Assembly: GCA_002104945.1 (NCBI GenBank)
Contig: MCFH01000150.1
Location: 1 to 23,767, forward strand
DNA length: 23,767 bases
Origin: Piromyces finnis finn
Taxonomy: Eukaryota; Fungi; Neocallimastigomycota
Direction of reading: 5' to 3'
The translations under genes were made by a program, and so were the position numbers. The notes under the pieces were generated by a model. That model was given only the letters and a program-made list of their open reading frames with translations. It did no database searches and was not told the DNA's origin. Below are positions 11,432-21,300 of this stretch, piece by piece; the first letter of the stretch is position 1; every line of letters begins with the position of its first letter.

Positions 11432-12738
11432 ATGTCCCCGTAAGGAGAAAACCTAGGCAGGGTTTTGGACACTAACCATGAATTCCTGGTAGCATTTATC
11501 TTGAAATTCTTTAGTAGTTTATCATAGTGGGCATTCTTGTCGATGATATCAGCATCAATCCACTCTTGCCTAAAGTCACTAAAGGTAGCTAAGTATTGGT
11601 AGTTGTCCTTCTTTCTCCTGGCATTGAGGATCTTGATGATTTTCTGGTAGCCTTCTGGTGCAGGTGTTAGTTCTTCTGGTTTATTGTGGTAGGGTTCTAA
11701 CTCACTGATATGAAACACTGGATAGACGTTGGGGAAAGGTGATTTACTGATATCCAACCGGTAGTTAAGCTTGCTCTCATCAATTCCAATAACCTTGAAG
11801 GGTCCGTACTTTCTCGCTTGTAGCTTGTAGAAGGGAAGAGGGTTGTAGTTTTCTGGTTTTCTTAACCACACAAGATCCAAGAGCCTAATTTTTGGGTACT
11901 TAAGTTCTCTTCTACTATCTAAGTGGTCTATGAACCGAATTCTTGATATGTCCAGTATGTGTTTTAAGTTACCTAAGTTGTGAGCGAAGCTATCTAATAT
12001 AGGAGCTTCGCCAAGTGAGTGGACAAGCTCTGAGTCTTGAGGGTTCATATGTACCTGGTAGTTATACAAAGCTAAGAATGGGGACTGCTTGGTAGAACTG
12101 TGTACTGCATTATTATAGCAGAACTCAGCTAAGTACAAGTATTTCAGCCATTCATCATCATCAAAGGTTTTTACAAAGCATCTAAGGTACATACTTACGT
12201 AGGTGTTATTACGTTCTACCTGACCAACCATTTCATGATGGCTAGTGGTAGCAAAGTTTACTTCTACGCCAAAGAACCCCATAATGTCCTTCCACAACTT
12301 ACTGGTGAACTGAACACCACGGTCCGTAGTAACTGATTTAGGACAACCGTGTAGCTTGAATACATGTTGTAAGTATGCTAATGCTGTTTCTTTCGCAGTA
12401 GGCATATTCCTAAATCCCACTAAGTGTATCATTTTGGTTAACTTATCACTGCAAACCATGATACAACCTCTTCTAGTGACTTCTGGGGGTTCTGAGGGAC
12501 TACTACCTGGTTTTCTTCATTCCTTGATAGGTAGATCCGTCAGGAAGTCAATTTCTACTTCTTGCCAAGGTAATTCTGCAACTTTTACCCTAGCAGCGCT
12601 ACCGTATGGCTTATGCCTGTTGTCCTTTTGAGTACAACATATGGTACAAGTTTTTATATATCCTGCAACGTCATCCTTCATTTTAAGCCAGTAGTAATTT
12701 CTGGCTATCAGGTCATAAGTCTTATTCTTTCCTAGATG
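11432..12738 (-). mobile_element. Ty3/gypsy (chromovirus-like) integrase with GPF motif and degenerate chromodomain; decayed at the 5' end
   Basis: Contains HLG...NYYW...CTIC (partial HHCC), IDFL / TTDRG / GQVERNN (DDE), YGPFKVI, VFHISELEPY and KILNARRKKDNYQYLATFSDFRQEWI (chromo-like). There is a frameshift near 12720 and an in-frame TGA upstream of ORF 11383-12459. Confidence 0.93.
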
Positions 12739-13600
12739 GAGGAAAATACATTACCACAGAGGAATTGGCTGTTACCTACTTCTTGAAAGAAAACACATAC
12801 AGGTTTGAAAACAGAGATGAAGTATAAAATACCGTGCTTTTTCTTTAGGGTTCCAACCATTGATGTTCCAGCAAGTACATAAGTTGAAAAAGGAAGTATT
12901 AGAATTTAAGTGACTAAAATAGAAATCGTCAGAGAGTGGACCAGTAGTGGATTTGATAGATCGTTTGTTTTTGTATGATCTATTGTTTTTGAGCTTATCA
13001 ATGAATTTCCAAGATATTTTACTAGAGATTGGGAGTTTTTTAGAAAAGTGAGTGTATAAGTAACATGGCTTTAAGCGGGCATTTTCCATTGACTTTTAGA
13101 ATGAAATAGGTACCGAGTGATTGTGAATATTTTTTGGTGAGGGATTGAAGAATATCATTGAAAGGTTGAATGTCCTTTAAAAGAAATTCCATTAGTCGTT
13201 GTTTGACCATGAACTAAGATCATGGATAAAAATTAGATATGATTTATTGGAGTTAGATCCGAAGAAACGAAGACCACGTCGTAAGGTAGGTACAGTACAA
13301 TTGGTATTGTTCATTTTGAAAGAACTTATTATGACAATAGATATTAATAATTTGGAGTATTGATATATTGATATAAAAAAAATAAAGAAATAAAATATAT
13401 AGTAAAATAAAAAATATAATATTAGTAAAGACGGATATATTATATAGCTAGTGGATTATTTGTCAAACAATATTTAAAATTTTTATAATTGGAAAAGTGG
13501 CTAAGTTGTTGAAAAACTTAGTTCTAACTCTACTGAAGACTTTAAATGGGAAAATAAATTTTGAATATCTATCACTTTGAATTTCTGTATTATAACTGAA
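12736..13600 (-). mobile_element. LINE family B, 5' portion (upstream region, N-terminal domain, APE N-terminus)
   Basis: Reverse complement aligns with ~21310-22170 at high identity, including CWNINGWNP. It stops at tgtggtaatgtattttcctcc, where gypsy HLGK sequence begins. Confidence 0.93.
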
Positions 13601-14611
13601 TTTTGTATGTTATTTTATTTATGAGATTGGTACTATTTATTGGATGATTATTGTATTGTGTTTATTCTGATTGTTGAATTTGAACATTCATTAAGGTTAA
13701 TTTATGTTGGAAAAAAAAGTAATAATAGGAGTGAAAAGTTGTTACATCATATTACAATGGATAAAAAGTAGAAAAAATAAGGTAAACATAATAAATTTTA
13801 AAAAATAAAAATTGAAATATGAGTAATATTTATAAAAAAAGTATACTCGATATTCCCAGATTGAAGCTTGATAATAAAATGTTAGAATAAAAAAAGGAAT
13901 TAATAATTACCATTAGAATCCACAATAAACCTAATAAAATTATATAAATATATATAATATAAAATATAAATATATTGAAAAAAGAGATAGAAAAAAATAC
14001 AAAAGAATGTTAGTAGAAAGAGATTCCTTGGAAAATCTAGAGTTTCAAAAGAAATAAAAAATAAAAAAAATAAAAAAAAATGAAGACATTACTAGAATCA
14101 TACAAAAACATCAAAGAAAAAAGCCGAGGCCTGAAAAATAAAAATAGAAGTAGAAAAAATAAAAAGATTAAATATGACTAAAGTAATAAAAGCCACAACG
14201 AAACTCAAGAATAAATGAAAGGAATAACAAACTAACTGAAAAAACAAATCTATCTGACTAATCAAAATATGAAGAGTAGAAAGGAATAAAAGAATAAAGA
14301 GAATAAGTAACAAACTTTAATAACAATTGACTATAAAAAGCTAAAGAATAAAAATAAAATCAAAGATATTCCAATTAAATAACTCTGAATATGATACATT
14401 AAAGAATAAACAGCATGAACTTTTGATACTTTGTATATGAATATATAACTTACAACAAATATATTCTTGTTAATTTCATCGAAAAATAATTGAAATGAAT
14501 GTGCAAGTAATACATTATGTCAATTTTCCAGTTTACAGTTCTAATATTGAAACTATTAATAATAAACGAATTACTTAATATAATACTTTTTATTCTATAT
14601 CAATTAAAAAT

Positions 14612-14650
14612 AATTTAAGTAGAATTAATAAATTTAATTCTACTTAAATT
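14612..14650. repeat. Perfect 17-bp inverted repeat with 5-nt loop
   Basis: AATTTAAGTAGAATTAA-taaat-TTAATTCTACTTAAATT, read directly. Confidence 0.9.
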
Positions 14651-14802
14651 GTAAAGTAAATAGAAAAGTCAATTATTATTAATTGATTTTATATATGCAT
14701 ATTTGGATATGTTATATTTTAAATGTTTTTTTTTTAAAAAAAAAATTAATTAGTAGTATTGATGGAATTTTCAAATTATAAATTCAAAAAAACTTTCATA
14801 AA

Positions 14803-15640
14803 AGTTACATTGATATTTCTAAGAAACATGTTTCTGCTGAAGATATCCAAAAACGTGAAGAAAAATGCACCAAATCCAAAATTGTATATATCATATAAAT
14901 TATGTAATTAATGAAATTAATATAAAGGAAATTAATATATTATTCTCTTGATATTAATTGATAATAGGTTCACAGTATTATGAGACATATTGCTGAAAAG
15001 CAATATAAAATTTACTGTAAATCTCTTGAAGATTTATATGTTCAAATTGGTTGTCATTATACAAGAAATACGGTCATGTTTTTGATATTTTCAAGGCTGC
15101 TATCTAGTAAGTTAAACTATAAAAGTTTTTAGTAGATTTACTAAATGTTTATAGAGACGATGAATCTAAACTTGATATTCGTTTTAATAAAGTGAACCAT
15201 ATAAGGTTTAGAAGATTAAGTGTAGAATGACTCCACAACCAATTAAGCTTCGTTGTGGTAATTATCAATATTACATATATATTATTAAAAATCGATAGAA
15301 TAATCATAGAAGATGGGAATTTAAATTGTATTTATTAATTTAAGAATCTAGACAATTAATAAAAAAATCATTTTATATTAATAATAGCAATAAATAGATT
15401 TAGCATATTGCCCCACCATTATATGTTATGACAGTTGATAAGGCTCTTGATATTGAAACTTTAGAAAAGGCTATTTTTGCTATTCAAGAAAAAGATTAAA
15501 AAATATAACGGTTCATTTACAGTTAAGATGAGTTCAAGAGCTGTCGGTGAAAATGTGTAAATGAAATTACAACAACTATTAGCGAGATCTGAATGTGAAA
15601 ACTCGAAATTTCTTCTTATAAAGATGAAGATAGTGATTAA
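14803..15640 (+). pseudogene. SUI2: Translation initiation factor eIF2-alpha pseudogene, 5'-truncated, intron-containing
   Basis: Exon-like blocks translate to YIDISKKHVSAEDIQKREEKCTKSKI, VHSIMRHIAEK...LEDLY...KYGHVFDIFKAAI, RMTPQPIKLR and IAPPLYVMT...ETLEKAI...DEDSD*. These are in the order of known eIF2-alpha motifs (YIDLSKRRV, VHSILRHVAE, LTPQAVKIRAD, APPLYV). GT-AG introns lie at 14884-14967 and 15107-15154. Frameshifts and stops are present. Confidence 0.9.
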
Positions 15641-16170
15641 AGGGTTTTGTAGATAAATTATTAAGGGAGGGAAAGATATAAATAATTAAACAATTAAAGA
15701 ATGGGAAATTTATTCCTTTAAAGCTTTCTCAAATATATATTATTTTATTTATAAATTTGAAACGAGTTTATTTTAAAATTTTTTTAACAATGTAATTACT
15801 AATTTTTATCTACATAGATGACTTTTATAAAATATTTATAAATATATTATTTTATATTTTATATTTACATTTTATTTTTATTTTTATTGTTCTATAATGA
15901 ATATTTTATATATACTTTTTTTATACTTTATATAAAATACTAACTTAACAAAATAAAACATAGTTCATTGTTATTAAAATGTATAAATACATAATACATT
16001 TTTAAAGGTGACATAATTATAGTACAATTTTAATATATAATAATTTTGATTATTTAAATAATGAATGTTAAATAAAGTTTAGTTAAATTTTGCAATATAA
16101 AAAACGATTGAATAAATTAATTTTATTTTAAAAAAATAATTTACTATTATTTTTATTAATAATAATAATA

Positions 16171-16894
16171 ATGTTAAAATATATAATATTTATATATATA
16201 TTATTATTTAGAGTTTTTGTATACTCAGTAAAGATTTCTATTATTGTACCTGTATTTAATAATGAAAAGTATTTAGATAGAAGTATTAAATCATTAATAA
16301 ATCAAACATTTAAAGATATTGAAATTATTTGCGTTGATGACGCTTCACCGATAACTCATTAATATATTAAATAAATATAAAATGATTGACAATCGTATTA
16401 AAGTTATTCATCTTGATATTAATAAAGGTCCTAGTATAGCAAGAAATACGGGAATAAATTTAGCTGTTGGTAATTTTATAGGTTTTACTGATAGTGATGA
16501 TTATGTTGACAAAGAATTTTTCGAAATTTATATAAATATTCTGAAGGTAATGATATTATTGAAGGAATTTTTGTGGATAGTACTAATAATTCTGATAATT
16601 ATGTTCATCATAAAAATTTTACTTCACCACAAGGATATGTTTATGATTCAATATTTAGAAGAAAGTTTCTTGATGATAATAATATAAGATTTCCAACAAA
16701 TATAAGAATTGAAGAAGATCAATTATTTAGAATAAGTTGCTATAAGTTAAATCCAAAAATAGTAAATACACCTGATGTAGGCATTTATTATTATTATAAA
16801 AGAAGGGAAGGGATCATTATGGAAAAAATCAAAAAGGCATTTGGCTAGAATCGATCGAAGAGCTAAAATAGAAGAAAAAAAAGAAGAAAAATAA
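16171..16894 (+). CDS. Family 2 glycosyltransferase (GT-A fold), intronless, with N-terminal hydrophobic signal/anchor; frameshifted as given (sequencing error or young pseudogene)
   Basis: Contains KISIIVPVFNNEKYLDRSIKSLINQTFKDIEIICVDD, NKGPSIARNTGI, GFTDSDDY (DxD), IFRRKFLDDNNIRFP and EEDQLF. Three ORFs join after restoring single A bases near 16348, 16362 and 16527. A probable extra G near 16811 would extend the end to the TAA at 16892-16894. Confidence 0.88.
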
Positions 16895-17386
16895 AAAAGA
16901 CAGAAATAATTTAATAAATAATTAAGAAGTAAATAAATAAATAAATTCGTATTTTTTTTTTTAATATATTATTATTATGAATATGAATATTTTTTAATAA
17001 TAAATTTAAACAATTTTAATATAATAAATTTTAGTTTTATTGTTTATAATAGCAATAAAATTAATGAAATTAAAAATATTAAATTCTTTTAAAAAATGTT
17101 TATTTAATTAAAATATAAAAAAATTTCTATTATTATTGGTAGAATAATTGAAATATGCGTATTTAAATGTGTTGAAATGTACTTTTATTAGATATTTAAA
17201 CCACAATGTAAATATATAAATAAATGAAGTTTAAATTAAAAGTAATAATAGTAGTTATTTATCATAAATGATATTAATAAAGTTTATGAAACTATAAAAC
17301 CTAGATTATCAATAATTAATAGTAATGTATAATTTTATTTTTTTATATATATTCAATTCATTTTTAATTAGAATTAATTAATTATC

Positions 17387-20300
17387 ATGTCAATCCTTTA
17401 TATCAAAGATAAGAATTATATCAGACGTGGTTATGGTATCTCCTTAGATAATATTAGCTCCTTTATTCGAGGTATTTGATCATGGTCAGTTAGCAAGCTA
17501 TGGAAAAACTTGATGTTATTCAGAAGGATAATTTTAATTCAGTTATTAGTGTTATATATTTGAAGAATTTCAATGATCACTTTTTCTTAGTCAAGGTTTA
17601 TGGTTCAATGAAAGACTGTAATATAATTTTACACATCTTAAGGAAAAATTTCAATTTCTAAAATTTACTTTTCAACTTGTAGTAAAAGAAATTATAAATA
17701 CACATTTTCTTCACTCAAACGTAAATTTTTAGTTTCCAATAAAAATCAATAACTAATTCAACAACCACTTCAACAACCAATTAAACAATCTCATCATCAT
17801 TCATATCTAAAATCTAATAAAATTCAACTTCAACAAGATCTTCAACATATTCCTATGAGTAATTTTTCTAATGTCTTTAATGTTCCTAAGAAAATTCTGA
17901 AATGGAATAGATTAAAATGTATTGAGGAAAAGGAATCTATTCTCAGTCATAATAAATTCCAAATACTTTCAGCTAAATTCAACGATCCTAATGTTTCTAC
18001 AGATGAACTTTCCAAAGAGTTTACTTCAACTGCTTTTTCAATTGCAGACGAGCTCAGTATTACCTCAGCAAATAACGTTATAAAGTCTTCATTTCATATT
18101 TCACAACAAATTTTTAATCTTCAAAAAATCAAAATGAAGTTGTATAAGAGATTTAAAAAAGAAAGAATTTATGATATAGATGAATTTATTAAAAGAATTA
18201 AAATCTACCGTAAGCTCATTGATTACATCCACAAAAGATGTAATGAATTTAGGAAGCAAGAATATCTTCATTGGATTAAAACAGGTTGTGAGTATATGAA
18301 GAGTCATAATCCTAAGAAGGCCTGGAAATGGATCAAGAAAACTGCAAAAATTGGAAAAGATTCTTTCTTTATTGCTCAACCAATTAAAAATAAAAATGGA
18401 GAATTAGTTGTTGCCACGGAAGAACAACTAGAAGTGTGGCATGATCATTTCGAAAATCTTGCATCAGATCCAAGTGGTGTAAGTTTTGATTTGGAGCATT
18501 GGTATGAAGAACCAACGAATAAACGTTTTTCACTTCCTATGCTTGATGAATGGGATATCAACCAAGATATTAGTATTGATGAAGTCAAGTCAGCTATCCT
18601 CTCTACTCCAAATTATAAAGCATCAGGTCCGGATGGTATTCCAATTGAATTTTACAAAGCATTAATTCCATCAAGTAATAATTCTAATAATGCTACAGAT
18701 AATAATTCTTCCGGTAATACCACTTCAGATAATGATGCTCATGGTTTAAAATTTATTCTTAAATTATTCAACCGTATTTGGGATGGAGACTTCCCCAACT
18801 CATGGAATTAATCCAGTATTGTTTCTATTCCTAAGAAGGGAGATTTGACAGATTGTGATAACTATCGAGGTATATCACTTATCAATAATGGTATTAAGTT
18901 GATTTCCAAAATTGTCACCACTAGAATTTCAGAATATGGTTTAAAGAATAATTTCATTAGACCTGAACAATTTGGTTTTCGAAAAAAGGAAGAGAGTATC
19001 AGTCTTTTCATTTCAATCCAAGAAATATGCCGTAGACGTCAATTAGATAATAAAGAGACATATTTGGCCTTTTTAGATCTTAGGAAAGCATACGATTCAG
19101 TCCCAATCGGTAATATCCTACATAAATTAGATTGTTTAGGAATCCGAGGTAAGAGTTTACAATTCATCAAAAATTTATATTTAACATCTAAGGCTAATGT
19201 CAAATTAGATGGACAATTCTCGAAATCTTTTGATGTGAAGAAAGGAGTCCGTCAAGGTTGCCCACTTTCTCCAATTCTCTTTAATCTCTTTATTAATGAT
19301 ATATTTAAAGAGTGCGAAGATCTAGGAGTCAGTTTAGGTGACACTCGATGCTGTGGTGGACTTTTTGCAGATGATATAGTTATTTGTGCTCCAACAAGAG
19401 GATGCTTAAAAAAGATGCTTAGAAGAGTTAATGAATAGGCCTTGTATAATGAAATGGAATTTGGTATCCAGAAATGTTCAACGATGGTGATTCGTCCTGA
19501 ATCAATAGAAAATCAGAACAAGAGAGATCCAACATTTTACTTAGCAGGACAACCCATTCCAACTACTGATTGTTATACTTATCTTGGTGTTCCATTTGAT
19601 AAGAATCTGTCCCTTAAACCAGTTATTAAAGCTATTAATAACAAGGTTTTGAAAGGACTTTTTTCAGTCAGTAAATTCTTAAGAAATCCTAATATTCCTA
19701 TTCCTTTCAAAAAGCTAGTACTTAACTCAAAAGTGATTAGCAAAGTTTCGTACTTTGCACCATTACTTGGATCCAACAAAGCTAGGTCTAGAATTGCTCA
19801 GAAGCATGTTAACAAAGGAATACGATGGGTTGCCGGAGTTCATAAAGCTGTATCGTTTATATCTTTATACTCTATCTTAAAAGATTTGAATATTCCTCCA
19901 TTGTCAGCCAAATGTGCATTAGCTCAGGTTAGATGTTTTAACAAATGGAAAAACTCAAATTGTATTATTTCACACCTTGTCAATTACATTCCTAAATTTA
20001 GAAAATACACGTGGTGCAAATCAAGTAGGACACTTGATAAAAAACTAAAGAAGCATGGAGATGTTAAAGCAGTTAAAAACTTTTATTGGAAAGATCTCAA
20101 AGGAAATTCAATCAAAGCGCAATATTATGACGATAATAAATTTATTGAAACTAAAGACTTTATTAAATTATGCTATGAGTACCCAGAGTTTGCCTATGGC
20201 TTCTACTGGCTATTGAAAGCAAGAAGCGGATACAAGTTGGATGCTAGAGTTGCCAAAGCTGCTAAATTTGTTGATCCAGTTTGTCCTAACTACTGTCCAT

Positions 20301-21299
20301 GTTGCAAGAGTGGAGATCAAAGTATTAAACATTGGTTATTAGATTGTCCAACATTTAGAGATATCCGTATTAAATATTATGATTACATAGTCCAACTATT
20401 AAATTTTTTCAATCAACGTAATTCCGATAGTCCTATCAATAATAATGAAAATGTTAATATCAGTAGAAATAGCAATAACAGTAATAGTAATAGTAACAAT
20501 AGTAATAGTAACAATAGTAATAATAACAATAGTAGTAATAGTAATAATAACAATAGTAATAATAACAATAGTAATAATAACAATAGTAATAATAACAATA
20601 GTAGTAATAGAAATAATAATATTAGTAATGATAGCAATAGTGATGATAATAATTCTAATTTAGATAGTAATTTAGTTAATGATAGTAATAGTTCTAATAA
20701 TCCGGTGAATATTAATGTGTATGATTATTCTAGTGTGTGCAGTAAAATATTTAAATTCCTTCTTGGGGGAAGAAGTTTTAAGAATATTAAATTACAATTC
20801 AAGGGAATGGAAAGAACTTTGTAAGCGTCAGATTCAATCTGGCACTAACGAATGAACACCATTATTGACGGTAACCGCGGAACTTCTAACAAAATCATGC
20901 CTTTTGCTATTGGCCAGCAATGGTCAATGTTCAAAAGGTTTGAAGCAACATCCAAGAGCGTCAATGCTGATGAAACAGTAAGACAGGCCAGGAGGGCCAG
21001 CGCAATCAATGGAGATCATAATTTTGTTCCATGACAAAATTTTTGATCTTTGGCTCGGTGTCCCATTGGAAGTCAAATACAATTATTATACTTTAGTATG
21101 ATAGTGGCTTTCTTACTTTAATTAAAATTACTAGAATACATTATACCCAATTTTTATTCATTTGTGTTTATTTAAACATATTTTTTTTTTTTTAATTTTT
21201 ATATTTAATTTTTTTATTACATGTATTATAGTTTTAATTAAATTAATAATAAAGTTTAAAATATTTGATGCCGTTAAAAAAAAAAAAAAAAAAAAAAAA
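17387..21299 (+). mobile_element. Non-LTR retrotransposon (LINE family A): N-terminal domain, no APE domain, RT, CCHC finger, 3' UTR, A24 tail; inactivated by stops and frameshifts
   Basis: ORFs 17855-18811, 18845-19438 and 19442-20824 share one frame, split by in-frame TAA and TAG. Motifs are KASGPDGIP, NYRGISLINNGIKL, QFGFR, FLDLRKAYDSV, GVRQGCPLSPILF, FADD, YTYLG and CPCCKSGDQSIKHWLLDC. Poly(A) lies at 21276-21299. The 5' boundary is approximate and no TSD was found. Confidence 0.93.
20450..20700 (+). repeat. AAT/AAC/AGT microsatellite encoding an Asn/Ser tract inside the LINE-A ORF
   Basis: Includes four perfect copies of AGTAATAATAACAAT at 20540-20599 and stays in frame. Confidence 0.93.
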
Positions 21300-21300
21300 G

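Noticed and set aside
12356-12631. 91-aa plus-strand ORF
   Set aside because: Antisense to the gypsy integrase.
14098-14313. 71-aa hydrophobic minus-strand ORF as a membrane protein
   Set aside because: Hydrophobicity follows from the T-rich complement of an A-rich tract.
14803-15640. eIF2-alpha fragment as a K3L-like kinase decoy
   Set aside because: Known decoys keep the S1 domain, which is the part missing here, and the frame is broken.
17750-19438. RIP-like CpA-to-TpA mutation, suggested by CAA>TAA (17750, 7377) and TGG>TAG (19436) stops
   Set aside because: These are the commonest nonsense routes under any AT-biased mutation. Substitutions sampled between the two LINE-B 5' copies were mixed, including transversions. 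A genome-wide dinucleotide test would be needed.
20500-20620. CRISPR-like or telomeric array
   Set aside because: There are no unique spacers and no telomere-type unit. It is a simple coding microsatellite.
20413-20663. Poly-Leu and Ile/Val-rich ORFs
   Set aside because: Alternative frames of the AAT/AAC/AGT microsatellite.
20852-21034. 60-aa ORF after the LINE-A main ORF as a separate gene
   Set aside because: An overlapping frame (WKELC...PLLTVTAELLTKS) parallels the LINE-B C-terminus (VEGLTAFLTKT), so the region is the frameshifted end of the LINE ORF.
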